From Haliotis rufescens (Eukaryota), in assembly GCF_023055435.1 (NCBI RefSeq), contig NW_025963802.1, forward strand, positions 11,408,001 through 11,472,000: a stretch of 64,000 nucleotides of DNA, read 5' to 3'. The notes under the pieces were generated by a model. It searched no databases, had not been told where the DNA came from, and saw nothing but the letters and a program-made list of their open reading frames with translations. A program made the translations under genes and the position numbers. Below, piece after piece: positions 25,901 through 37,841 of this stretch (its first letter is position 1; each line of letters begins with the position of its first letter).

Positions 25901-28900
25901 AATGTGACAAATCAGAACTACCAAGACCTAGAGGCTCAGGAGGCGTAGCAATATTTGTTCGTAAATGGGACTGTTGTGTCTCGTCTGTGACAAACACTCC
26001 AGATAATGATCGAACGATCAGTATCAAATTGACTATGAACAATGTTCCTGTTTTTATTATAGGAACATATCTTCCATCTAGTAATGTGTTGGACAGTGTT
26101 TATTGTGAAGCGCTTGACTATGTCATACAATTATATGATGTGTATTCACAACATGGACAGACTATCATACTTGGTGACTTTAACACAGACTTACGCACTC
26201 CTGATAAACTGCGTTCCAAGTACTTAAGCAGAGTATTGAATGAGAGATCTCTGTACTCTGTGATCCCCATCGATGACGTCACTAGATATACATATTTCAC
26301 CAAAAGTGGAAATATTAAGACTATGCTAGATTACATTTTTGTAAATGTTGATTTTACACCTAATGTTGTCGGATTTGTCATTGATACAAATGTATCTTAC
26401 TCTGTATCAGATCATTTGCCTATTCTTGCCTGTCTAACTGTAACAACACCTATTAGTCAATATGGAGGGGATAAACTTAACTGGTGCAAAGCAACTGAGA
26501 CGGACCTAATGCTTTATCGTTTTGAAACTGAAAACTGGCTTCGTGATACTGTTTTTGCAATTTCAGACTACCAGACGCCAGTAGACTTTATTCAATATTA
26601 CAATGAATACATCACCTCAGCCCTTCAAAATGCAGCAATAATGTACATTCCTTCATCAAAATTCCAACCTAGGCTGAAACCGTACTGGAAAAAGGATAAT
26701 CTTAAATCATTACACAATAGTATGCGCAAGTGCCGTAAAGAATGGAAGGAAAATGGTAAAACTCGCGATAAAAGCAACATTTTTTTTGCTAGATACAAAG
26801 AAGCCAAACGGTTATTTAGAAAACAGCATCGAATCTCAAAACAAAAGCTGATAGATGATAGATACAAAGAAGTTTATGAAGCTGCTGAGGTTGATGTTCA
26901 TGAATACTTCAGGGTAGCTAAACGTTATCGTAAAAACAAAGGTCATACTCAAAAACTTGTCTATTCAGATAAATCATCTAATGACCCGAAGGATATATGT
27001 GATATGTTTGGTGAATATTACAGAAATCTAGCTGCCCCGGATATTGATCTGAAACATGATGTTCTATTTTCCTCTTACGTCAAACAACGTGTTAATGACC
27101 TTGAAAATGAGGTATTAGATAGCACTGATTCTTATGACAATAATGGTGTAGCTATAGCATCTCCCCTTTCAAAACCCTTCACTGCTGAAGAATTGATGGA
27201 TACTGCCAAATCTCTGAAAACAGGTAAATCACCAGGGCATGACGGAATCTCAAACGAGCATATTAAAAAAGCAGGTAGATCTATTCATCACCATCTCATG
27301 GTTTTATTCAATGCAATTGTGCACTATGAATATATACCATATGAGTACAACATAGGTAAAATTCTCCCAATCCATAAAGGTCATGGTAAAAGCAAGTCGG
27401 ATCCTGCTAATTACAGGGGAATAACTATGACATATGCTTTTGGTAAACTTTTGGAAAGGCTCATACTCAACAGAATCGAATCCTAGGTAACTAAAAACTG
27501 TAATTTCCCACATCTTCTCCAATTTGGCTTTCGCAAAAATGCAGGTGCAGACACTGCGGCCCTCACACTATTAGAAGCAATAGCATATTACAATGAAAGA
27601 AGTTCTCCAGTCTACTGTGCATTTCTAGATAATGAAAAAGCCTTCGACAGGGTATGGCTAGATGGCCTTTTTCTAAAACTTAATGACCTTGGTATCACGG
27701 GTAAAACATGGCGAATACTACGTAGCTCTTATATGTCTATGTACTCCTATGTCAGCTTTGCAGGCTATAGATCAGACTTGTTTCATGTACGCCAAGGAGT
27801 TGGTCAAGGCAGAGTTATATCTGCTTGGCTCTTTACATTATATATAAATGATCTGTTATGCGAGCTGGAACGCTCTAAGCAAGGACTAATCTGCCGTGGG
27901 CACATACTCCAGGCCAGCTCTTGGCAGATGATACAACACTATTTAGTAGCTCACCAACAGGCCTTCAAGATCTTCTCAATGTTGTAAATCAGTATGCATA
28001 TAAATGGCAGCTTAAGTACAATGTCACGAAAAGCCCTGTTCTAATATTTGATGTGCAGCGTAAATTTATCTGCTCTCAATCACTGTACTTGGGCAGTATG
28101 TGTGTTCCACTTCAGCAATCTATAATATATGCAGGTGTCAGGATAAGCTCTGATTAGTCTTCCTTAGAACGAACACAATTAGCTTGTGAAAAGTTAAAAA
28201 TGTTAATAAATAGTAATAATGATACTGGACTAAAGTTTGGAGGCATGAATCCAATCCCAGCAAAAAGGATCTGGGAACGAGTGATACTCCCATGCGGACT
28301 CTATGGATGTAATGTCTGGGGCTATTAACCCTCAAAGAATACGATATGCTGGAAGTTATTCAACGTTATTTCAGTAGAAAAATACAGGGCCTTCCAAAAT
28401 GTACATCAGATACTGTTGCTGTGGACAACATGGGTTTGATATCTCTCCAATCCTTTATTGACAAACAGTCACTGTTACTACTTGGAAAACTATGCCGATC
28501 CAGTTACAGCTATGTCTTTAAAAAGGTATTCATTACTCGCCTTGGCCAGTTTAGATACGAAATAGCGTTGGATAACCTCAAAAAACGATGTGCTTTGTCA
28601 CCTGTATATAACATGCTCAGACTTGTCAAAAAATACAATCTTAATGCAGAAATAGAAGATTATCTAATTAAATGTAGCTTCGCAAGTAAAAAGGCATGGT
28701 CTGATATTGTTGGAAAGGATTATTTCTGCAGACCAGGAAGCTGTATGCTCTAAGCTGCTATCTAGACTTAACTTAAATAGATATGTTTCGCTACGTAATG
28801 ATAAGGAACACAGACTCTGGCTACTTGCACTTGAACGTCCTGAACAGTTCCCAAATCTGTCTCATCTTGTACGGCTGGGATGCATAAATATAGAATCCAG

Positions 28901-31900
28901 GGAATGTCGATGTGGAATTGTAGCTCATGATATTATTAAGCATGTCTTTTTGTATTGTACATTGAATATGAATGACAGAAATGAACTATTTGAAATCATT
29001 TGTGATGTGATAGATGTCTCTACATTTGCAAGACTATGTAGTGAGGACGATGATATAATCCTGTCTGTACTACTAGGCGGTTTGCCTGAGTGTGTTAGCT
29101 CTTTATCTCAAAGTCTATGGGGTGACCTTATGGTTATTGTGTCAAGACATTGTAGGAAATGGCTGTATCTGTTACAAAACAGTTATAAGAATGCTTGATT
29201 GTCATGCATTTTGTAGTTATCATTTCTAATAATATTGTTCAATTGTACTACTGTACAGCTCTGTAATGATACATAATATCATATATGATATGTATCTTCA
29301 ATATCTGGAGGAAATAAAGAATATCTATCTATCCGGTCAAAACATTGATATCTTGTATGTCAACATACAAATTTCTCATTCTAAATATCGCGTTAATGAC
29401 ATCAATAAATTATTTTGATTTGTACACATCGAGTTAGTGATTTGAAAAACTACTTGCTTTTTTGTTAATATCAGGAATTCTATGTTAAGATAAACTATAA
29501 TCGAATTGTTGATATCAATAAAAAGTAATTTAGAAACCAACACTAGCTTTATATGCAAAGAAATACAAACAGAAGACATGGTTATAGAGTCTACATTATT
29601 CAAAATGCCTTACCTCTTGGGACTCTGGAGTAAATGGCAACTACACGATATGCCGCAATATATATACATGTACATCACAAAGTAACCAAACCCATAAGTA
29701 TCATATAGCAAGTCTACGATATCCAGTAACATCAATTTTATTTAATGAGTGACAAATGAAACTCTAGCAATCATGTGTTTTTATTTACCAAATGCAATAT
29801 TCGTTGTTATCCTTTGTCCCTTTGTCGTTTGTGATTAAAGGCGGGAGCTTTTTACAACATGACAATATTATTTACATCGACAGCCTGACGGTTCTCCGCG
29901 GGTCGGATTGCAACGTCCTCCGCTTTCTTGGGAGCCACAGTCGCCCTTCCAAGCTCCCACACACGGACGTGTAAACACTGTGCGGAGTGGGCCAGGCATA
30001 GATGGCTGTTGGAGCGGTAACCTCCCAGTGTGGCAATCGACCTGCCTTCGCCTTACTGAACACACTGATTGCAGCTGATCGTTGGGTCGCTTTCAGTTGG
30101 AGATACGTGTAACAACGTGGTAGCCAATTGTGTCTTATTTTCATCAACAGAGAATGAATACCTAGACATATGCTACCTGATAAGCATTAAAGTATTGTAC
30201 ATAATAAATTCAAACTGTTCAGGGCTTACTACACATCCTTCCTAGTTACGCTTAGAATTTTTCAGCCACTTTCCATATCTACTTCCACACAATTATGAAT
30301 GTACTTTTTATGTTCTTCTTCGCTACACCAGAGATAACGTGGCTCACATTAAAAATCAGTTCCTCAACCAAAGTCTAAACTTGGAGATCACTGAGAAGAT
30401 AACAGACGCCTTAAAGGCGGAGTTTCCAGGCGTCCCAGTTTATGGCATAATGGGAAACCATGACTGGTTTCCAGCTGACCAGTTCCCGGTGCAACAAGCG
30501 TTTCTATATAACGCTACCGCTGAACTCTGGAGAGACTGGATCGGGGACAACCAACAGATTGAGAACTTTAAGAAAGGTATTATAATATCATTTTGAATTC
30601 AAAATGACAGCAATGAGTACAGATACGTCTTATCTAACACTATGTCGAATTGACATATAACACACGTTATTTTATGCATATTGCATTTCTTTGACAATGA
30701 AAATATTCAATCACCTTTGCGACAAGTAAGTGAATTCCTCGTAGTTGTATATTCATGAATTGTCTCACAGTGGTATATGTATTGTTCTAGGCGGCTTTTA
30801 CACAATCAGGACACCCAAGGGCCTTCGGATCGTCGGTCTGAACACGGTCTTCTACTATGGCGCAGACAAACTGACCACCAACTTGACCGACCCTGCTGGT
30901 CAGTTCGCTTGGTTGGAGGAAGTTCTTCAGAACGCAACAAATGTCGGGGAGAAGGTATACTTGCCCTTGGTGTGTGTGTGTGGAGGGGCGAGATAATTAT
31001 GCTTGGAAAAAAGAAGTCTGGCGCAAAAATTTCATTGTTGCAATGTGTTGTTTTTTAAATAGTTTGGCTCGTAGTTTTAATTAAAAAATAAATCTGGTGG
31101 CGAATCCTTTTCCTCTTTCTCATCATGCGACCAATAAATGTGGTCTGAAGGAAAGAAGATTACAGACTGATGTAAACACGTTTGCCCTGTAAGCAGTTGC
31201 ACGTGGTCCTTTGTGCATCGCACATATCAGATATCAGTCGAAGTTAAGCAACGTTAGACAGCGACCATGTTCGGCGAGCATGACGATAATAGTTTCTAAG
31301 ACTTCGGTCCTTAAACACAGGTCACATGTGGGGTGACATGTTCGAAATCTGCCTCTGCCCACCCAACAGAGAATGGTTATACCTGGTAGGATGAAATTGT
31401 AATGGGAATATAAATTTTCTTTCTCCTTATAAGGTGACATCTTGGATTGTATACTCCCAGGGCCGCTGACAATGTGATTTGAGTGCACACTTATTTATTG
31501 TCCGGGTTAATAATAACCAAGAAATTCTGCTGACGTGACTTATCGTTTTAACTGACTGGCTCACTCCAGTGGTTGTCATATCTATAATGTGTATACAGTA
31601 GAACACGGATATAACGAACACGGACAGGGCGAACAAACGGACACAACGCACTGTTACAAAATCCCCGATTTATACCTTCTATATTATCCTATAATTATTT
31701 TGTTCCAAGATGGCGGATGTTTCCGAGCGAAAACGTATATAACGAACAAAGTATATAACGAACTGATTTCTCTGGCCCCTTGTATACGTAGTTCGTTATA
31801 TCCATGTTCTACTTAAGCTTTCTGCTCATATTGACAAGGGGGCACGGGTGGCCCAGTCGTCTAAGGCGCCGCGATTCGCTGTGCAGAGTTGCGTCCCTTA

Positions 31901-33340
31901 GGCACGCCAGAAACCTATGATTGTGGGTTCGAATCCCGGTTCGCCCGGATTATGTTTCTAGGTTTGTCAGCACCATACCCGTGCTCGTGGGTTTCACCGA
32001 AGTGGTAAACGTCTGAGACCTGCATCACTTCGGGCTTTCCTCCCACATTAAGCTGACACGCCGTGATATGACTGGACTACTGTTAAAAGCGGCGTTAAAC
32101 CCAACTCACTCACTCACTCATATTGACAAGGGGTGTGCCTGCAGTTGTTAGCTTATGTCAGTAATGTACTATTTGAGTTTCAACTTGTGTTGAGCAACAG
32201 ATGCACATAATTATGTAAGCACATATAATGTAACATATGCTACAATCAGCTTATATATTATAATGTCATTGTATCATTATCTTTTCTTCCTGCAGATCAT
32301 ATTGATCGCCCACGTGCCCCCAGGTATTAAGGTCCCGGGAAAGGTTCAGTGGTTTTATGAGCAGTTCAACACCAAATTCCTTGACCTCGTCCAGAAGTAC
32401 GCGGACATCATCCCCGGGATGTACTTCGGCCATGACCACGCTGATGGACTCAAACTGTTACTGAAGAAAGACGGTAGGTCACTAGAGCAACTTGTAATTG
32501 TTTTGGCAACATTACCTTTTGGTCTGTGACATTTGGAACATGGATTAACTTAGGGAAAGTGCCGTCACAGACCTTGCATAGTTTAATGACTTGTAACTGG
32601 GAACAAATATGCTAATTTTTGTGTGGAAATACCTCTATTACGTGTTGTAATGTCCACAACAAGATAATTCACACTTGACCAACTCCTCCTGTTGGAGGCT
32701 CAAAGATCACCAGTCAACGCATGTATATATAGAAGAACATTTGAAACATTTGAAAATAAAAAAGCAAACAATGATTAAGAAGGTTGAACCGGATATCACA
32801 ACTTGAATCACGATTTCAGTCAACAAAACAAGAAGACAAAACCTCAGATGCAAAATATTACATGGGCATTCATTTCCAGGTACACCGGGTATTCCGATGT
32901 TCATAGCGCCATCGGTGACACCATGGCGCTACAAGAGCGGAACAGAGTCGGATGCCCCACACAACCCAGCCGTCAGATTGGTAAAATATGATCAGAAAAC
33001 TGGTGAGGCCCTGGACTTTATTCAGTACTACATGGATCTGACTGAAAGCAATGAAGCCAACGCGTCATCGTGGAAGGTCGCATACGACGCCAGCAAGGCC
33101 TACCAGGTCAAGGATCTCTCTGCTGCATCCGTCAGCATGGCTGTTAAGCAGATGAGCACAGATAAATATGTTCTGGACAAATATATCCGATTCAATACCG
33201 TTCTTGCTAATGGTAACACAACAGTCAACGAATGCGATGCAACATGCAGAGCCGAATATATCTGTAGTTTTACTCATCATGAATTTGGGGAGTTTAATTC
33301 CTGTGTCAACGGTCTTATGAAAGGTCTATTGATAGGGTAA
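13908..33340 (+). CDS. SMPDL3: acid sphingomyelinase-like phosphodiesterase 3 (SMPDL3A/B-like), 6 exons, 436 aa; join(13908-13977,15718-15910,30332-30576,30791-30954,32296-32473,32880-33340)
   Basis: Signal peptide; metallophosphoesterase motifs TDHHFD, TGDNVAH, GNHD, AHVPPG, FGHDH, then APSVTP and NPAVRL; all introns GT-AG with matching phases; 1311 nt with no internal stop; AATAAA at ~33407 and ~33439. Confidence 0.93.
14813..15070 (+). mobile_element. long-head tRNA-derived SINE
   Basis: Near copy of 31840-32120. Confidence 0.85.
15718..15910 (+). CDS. SMPDL3: SMPDL3-like exon 2 (GQFWHITDHHFDP...DFILWTG)
   Basis: DxH metal motif, GDYWCDSPW; AG/GT boundaries, phase 1-2. Confidence 0.93.
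15940..16125 (-). mobile_element. degenerate Nin-like SINE
   Basis: 'cccgttagtcgcctcttaccacaagcatgggttgctgaa'. Confidence 0.7.
19413..21981 (-). CDS. NNMT: NNMT/INMT/PNMT-family SAM-dependent N-methyltransferase, copy 1, 263 aa; complement(join(19413-19845,20556-20760,21828-21981))
   Basis: MADKEMAFCDDYAKDFDPEYY; motif I LLDIGTGPTIY; SSFCLEAV; MLKPGGHL; GTFYIVG..KFS; exons 154+205+433=792 nt, open; intron 2 is GC-AG. Symbol denotes the family; orthology not established. Confidence 0.92.
21345..21540 (-). mobile_element. degenerate long-head SINE in methyltransferase intron 1
   Basis: 'gaaacccatgagcacgggtatggtgct...gaaccgggattcgaa' is the reverse of the 31840 family; absent from copy 2. Confidence 0.7.
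22826..23816. mobile_element. non-autonomous DNA element with a 150-bp hairpin and a second inverted-repeat pair (Crypton- or Sola-like, uncertain)
   Basis: Hairpin 22826-22976 (gtgtttgggga..cctgtattaggaata / tattcctaatacagg..tccccaaacac); IR tttatcatataatg (~22977) / cattatatgataaa (~23802); duplicated at 47144-48126. Confidence 0.55.
23822..24143 (+). repeat. 322-bp direct repeat, left of LINE
   Basis: Repeated at 29330-29651; single copy at the empty paralogous site ~48132-48464. Confidence 0.92.
24313..25681 (+). pseudogene. LINE ORF1 (coiled-coil), frameshifted near 25520
   Basis: 404-aa open portion; another frame continues to FWPENVNCREW and stops at 25681, just before ORF2. Confidence 0.8.
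25684..29198 (+). pseudogene. LINE ORF2 endonuclease/reverse transcriptase, disrupted
   Basis: TWNVRG, ISEHWL, LGDFN, LDYIF, SDHLP (APE); in-frame TAG at 27484 followed by QFGFRK, LDNEKAFDRVW, GVGQG, LADD; several frameshifts; CRC..H....C knuckle. Confidence 0.92.
29330..29651 (+). repeat. 322-bp direct repeat, right of LINE
   Basis: Partner of 23822-24143. Confidence 0.92.
30332..30576 (+). CDS. SMPDL3: SMPDL3-like exon 3 (DNVAH...GNHDWFP...ENFKK)
   Basis: ccag|A GAT AAC acceptor, G|GT donor, 245 nt. Confidence 0.93.
30791..30954 (+). CDS. SMPDL3: SMPDL3-like exon 4 (GFY...LNTVFYY...DPAGQFAWLE...GEK)
   Basis: ctag| acceptor, AAG|GT donor, 164 nt. Confidence 0.93.
31596..31813. mobile_element. 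Tc1/pogo-type MITE
   Basis: TA|cagtagaacacggatataacgaac ... gttcgttatatccatgttctact terminal inverted repeats. Confidence 0.75.
31840..32120 (+). mobile_element. full-length long-head tRNA-derived SINE with TSD
   Basis: A box tggcccagtcgtctaagg, B box ggttcgaatcc, (CACT)n tail, flanking direct repeat 'tattgacaagggg'. Confidence 0.9.
32296..32473 (+). CDS. SMPDL3: SMPDL3-like exon 5 (IILIAHVPPG...FGHDHAD...)
   Basis: tgcag| acceptor, G|GTAGG donor, two His metal motifs. Confidence 0.93.
32880..33340 (+). CDS. SMPDL3: SMPDL3-like exon 6 (terminal)
   Basis: APSVTPW, HNPAVRL, C-terminal CDATC..YIC..C cysteines, TAA at 33340. Confidence 0.93.
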
Positions 33341-33719
33341 CTTGTCCATCCATTTTCGTTGGAGGTATTTTATATCTTGAGTGAAATCATGTCATGCGTT
33401 TACTCAAATAAATGGTTTATGATGAGTTTATTATTTGGAATAAAACTCTGTTTAAACATGTGAAATTAGTTAGTTATGGTGCGATGCATTCATCGACTAA
33501 AACACACATTGAAGAAGACGAATGTATTGTACGTTTGAGTTATGGCGTTGGATTCTATTCTCAGGAGTACAAAGTGTAAAGGAATTTCACAACCCAACTA
33601 TCGGTATAAAATATCTAAAGAACCATAAATTCTTATCTTTACTTTAAAATCATCATAGCTGTAATTCAAGCCTGATATTAAATACCACTATGACATTGAA
33701 AAACACACATTTGGTGAGT

Positions 33720-33958
33720 GCAATATTCGAACAGGCGCAAAGGTTATCATTCTCAGCTCAGACCATGCAGCAATTTTAAGAGGAATATCCCACTCAGATA
33801 CAAAGGCCTCCGAGCCGACCTGTCTTTGTTTTATCCTTAATGGATCCAGTCGGGAAAACAACAAACACATACCACAGTTTAACCTTTTTTCGTGTGACGC
33901 GGCCGGGGATCGAACCACCGACCTTCCGATCTCCGGGCAGACGCTCTAGCCACCTAGG
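33720..33958 (-). mobile_element. tRNA-derived SINE (MESC/Meta-like), reverse
   Basis: 'ccggggatcgaacc' (B box reversed), 'gacgctctagccac', 'ccgagccgacc' core. Confidence 0.6.
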
Positions 33959-34567
33959 TGAAATTAATTAGTTATGCGCCATTCCACACAGTGTATTCTT
34001 TTTCGCCATGGCAGAAGACTACATCCGTTAGCATTCGTTAGCGGTTCTAATCCCATTGGAATCCCACAAGTGTTTCATCAATTCATTTTCTGATTAAATG
34101 AAATGATAGAACAGAAAAAGTTCCGTCATTTCCAAGATGTCTATAACGAATAATTAAGTAAGCTTAAGTCCGGATATTAATATTGAAGAAATGGTTCAAG
34201 TTGAGTTGTGTTGTTGTTTTTATGTTACGGCTTTCATGTTGAAGTACATAAACATATAATTTGATAATCCTTCGTTGAGGAAAAACGAAGAAACAGACGA
34301 AACATTTATCTCTGTGCAGAACTCCAAATATTTAGTTCCTATTCACACCGGCATGGATGAACCAAATATTCGTTTAGAGCCCCTAGCAATTGTAAGCAGC
34401 CTCGTCCCATCCATACTACAAAAGGACGGCATGTCCTGGGAATGTTTAACGTTGGGAATTATCTTCATTACTCTCCACTCATAAAATATAACTCGGATTC
34501 AATGGATCGTCGCCTGTGTTGTTTTTCAAGATTATGGGTTTACTTGGCCATTCTCCACACACATTTG

Positions 34568-34710
34568 AGGCGGTGGGATAACCTAGTTGTTGAAGTGTTG
34601 TCTCGTCGCGTCGACGACCCGGTGTCGATTCACATGGGTACAATGTGTGAAGCCCATTTCTGGTGTTCCCCGCCGTGATATTGCTGGAATATTGCAAGTC
34701 ACTCACTCAC
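34568..34710 (+). mobile_element. short tRNA-derived SINE, degenerate
   Basis: Same family as 3391; duplicated at ~50242-50382. Confidence 0.75.
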
Positions 34711-34959
34711 TTCTTAAAGATTTGGGTAAATTAAATGTTATTAGATGTAAATTAGACCCGCCCAGTGCTGTAAATAATTCTTATGTTACCATGCCGTTGT
34801 TGCTAGTGGGTTACTGTTATGTATGGATCCGTGATAAGGACTTACATCAAAATGCACTATCCCATATTCTCACATATTCCTTCTTTATTCAATGAAAGTA
34901 CATATATTAGGTACACCTAGGGGACAGAACTTTGCATCTGGATGTGCATATGTATGTAA

Positions 34960-35070
34960 ATATGTGTGTGGGTGTGTGTGTGCGCGCGCGCGCGTGTGTG
35001 TGTGCGTGTGCGTGTGTGCGTGTGTGTGTGTGTGTGTGTTGGGGGGAGGGTGGGGTGGGGTGGGGGGGGG
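34960..35070 (+). repeat. (GT)n/(GC)n microsatellite followed by G-runs
   Basis: Direct sequence. Confidence 0.9.
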
Positions 35071-35159
35071 CATGGTTGCTCTCAGTTTCGACAAATGGCA
35101 TGAGCACTAACATAATACGACTCAATCACTACATTACCTCCTCCATCTATGACTCGGCT

Positions 35160-35622
35160 CAACGGCTCAATGATCGTTTGACTGCAGTTAAAGGTTCTTG
35201 CAATCTGCTGTTGAGAGGCCCCTAAATCGGCCATACCAAGAGCTCTGTCACGTTCCTCTTGTGTGAGTCACCGCATTTCCCTGATGTTTTCTTTGATGCG
35301 GTATCCTTGCTCTGCCACACGCCGGTATTTATTCCTAAATCATGCACGAACATTTTTACCAGTTCCACAAAATCCTGTTTTTCCCTTTTTTCATGACTCC
35401 ACGAAATGAATCCTGTAAAAAGTGACTTTCATGTGTGCACACAGTGTGTTTCGGTGAATGTTTTCTGATAACGTTCCTAGCTATCGCACCGTCTTTAATT
35501 CAGACAAAACTTAATTTACAACTGATAAGTTTCTTTTGCCCGGTAGTTTAAATCCTATTTTTTATCACAAAGTAAACGATCTTGTTCCGATTCCAGGATT
35601 CTTTTAAGAATCAGCTTTACTG
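35160..35622 (-). mobile_element. Tc1 transposon 5' fragment
   Basis: TA|CAGTAAAGCTGATTC end; LTQEERDRALGMADLG..QQQIA HTH; shorter copy of 52840-53770. Confidence 0.7.
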
Positions 35623-35976
35623 TAGTTACTACAAAGCCAGTTCATGTTATATTGACTCATGTGCTATGTGGCGTTATCTTTTCACGAGGACATTTCTGGC
35701 ACATCACAGACCATCATTTCGACCCAACATACTGGTCAGAAATGCGGTCCTTAATGACAAGGTTCCTGTACGTGGTATCTACGGCGACTAATGGTGCGAC
35801 TCTCCTTGGCGCCTCGTCAACGACAGCGTCGCCGCCATGGCCAACGTTAAACGTGACGTCGATTTCATCCTCTGGTCAGGGTATGATGCTGAACTCGATG
35901 CATGTTTTTTTTTTTGCAAACAGCTTTAAAACCAGATATTGTTCTAGTTAAAAACTATGCACTATTATTTTTAAGA

Positions 35977-36375
35977 GGTGAGGTGAAATGGAGTTTAACG
36001 TCGCGTCCAAGATTATTGCNNNNNNNNNNNNNNNNNNNNNNNNNNNNNNNNNNNNNNNNNNNNNNNNNNNNNNNNNNNNNNNNNNNNNNNNNNNNNNNNN
36101 NNNNNNNNNNNNNNNNNNNNNNNNNNNNNNNNNNNNNNNNNNNNNNNNNNNNNNNACTGATGCCGATTTATAGTGCTAGCCCACTGAGATACCATGCCGC
36201 AGTTTAACATGAATACCCCAGTATACTTATTCCGAGCCGACCAGTCCTTGTTTTAGCCCCCAATGCAGAGCGCCAGACAAGTAGCATCTTTTAACGTCTT
36301 TTGGTATGATGCCGGTGGGTATCAAACCCCGGACCACTCTCCGGGCGGACGCTCTACCACTAGACAACGGAGGCG
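35977..36375 (-). mobile_element. MESC/Meta-like SINE spanning an N gap
   Basis: Reverse complement of 1-285 on both sides of the gap. Confidence 0.75.
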
Positions 36376-37221
36376 TTCGTTTTTAAAAGAATGACACCTT
36401 GCAATAATGTATTTTTTGTGGCAGGCTATTTCTTTGTTTTCAACAGTCTAGTGAAGCATACTTACTTTTTAAAATAATTTAGGTAAGAGGCTACTGAAAA
36501 GATTGGATGGTCATGCTCGGTGACTCGATCGATCATATCCCGACGGCGTTATGCATTGCTCACAATATTAATCACATTTCTCACACACAGACCCCTCATA
36601 TCCATCGGAATGGCTCACTAACAATTTTCCATTGTTGAAAACATTTCTATTTCTGAAGGGACAATGTGGCGCACATAAGAAACCAGTTCCTCAGCGAAAG
36701 CCTGAATTTTGAGATCATCGAGAATATAACAGCTGCCTTAAAGGCAGAGTTTCCAGGCGTCCCAGTTTACGGGACAATGGGCAACCATGACTGGTTTCCG
36801 GCCAGCCTGTTCCCAGCACATCAGGCCTTCCTGTATAATGCTACAGCTGAACTCTGGAGAGACTGGATCGGAGACAATCAGCAGATGGACAATTTTAAGA
36901 AAGGTTACTTTCTGTCATTATCTTTGAAATGTTGTGGCGTTTTGGTTCTGGTTTTGAAACTATTTATAATTTACTTTAGTGAATATTAGGTGTGAGTCAA
37001 AATTTAGAATATGCGAGTGTGAATTACTAGAGTTGGAGTTGTCAAAATTTAAAAGTTCATAACCTGATGAATTAGCACACGAGCACATTTTACCATGTAA
37101 TTGATTGAGTGCTAATCATAACATTCTAACGTTAAGGTTTATATAATCATAACTATTTCACCAATGTTGTATTTCAACATAGTGTTAAGGACTACGGGGG
37201 TAACCGTTCCCTCATACACCG

Positions 37222-37841
37222 TGTAACGGTTTAAGGGGATCGAATTGTGCAGAGAGGCAACCAGTAGTTTATGTGTAAATTGGGTATATTGGATCTCTCT
37301 TCTACACCACAATAACCATTCAGTTTTCCATGAATAAACAATAAATGACCAACAATTATTAACAATCAATCAACATTTATTAATAAGATCAATTAACATA
37401 TTTTTATAGTTATATAAAGAATGTAAAGATCCTTTAATCAGTATTAAATATACTTACAACGAACTGATACAGTTTCAGGGGAGACAACCTAAGACTGTAG
37501 GTACGCTTCAACTTATTTCCTTCAACCTACTTCGTTAATAAGAACGAATTATAATATTTTAAAATGACTTTAACTTCGGATTCCACAAGAGAATATATCC
37601 GGCAACTTCGCACTGTATATAGAACAATGTGTAAGATTTAGAACTTACATGTACCCTCGGTTTTGAAACAGAAATCCTCGTTTTCCTACAAACCCAGCTG
37701 ATCTCTGATCACGACAGCCGATAACTGTCGACATGGACGCAAGCTCCAACGTTCATACAGTTTGGCCCTCAATCTATGAAGGTTCATACTCCAATGAACT
37801 CACACAAAGTGATAGTCAATTCTTAACATTTGGCAGTTACA
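37222..37841. mobile_element. TGTAAC...GTTACA-bounded element (solo-LTR-like or Ginger-like)
   Basis: 6-bp terminal inverted repeat with TG..CA ends; no TSD seen; copy at ~54715-55333. Confidence 0.45.

Larger units (their letters stand above)
24144..29330 (+). mobile_element. apparently full-length non-LTR retrotransposon (two ORFs, APE+RT; RTE-X/Proto2-like, clade uncertain), inactivated
   Basis: 5'UTR, ORF1, ORF2 with APE and RT motifs and C-terminal CCHC, 3' end GGAGGAAATAAAGAA(TATC)n. Confidence 0.92.

Noticed and set aside
27484-27486. In-frame TAG in LINE ORF2 as programmed readthrough
   Set aside because: Further frameshifts downstream and in ORF1 indicate simple decay, likely TGG>TAG
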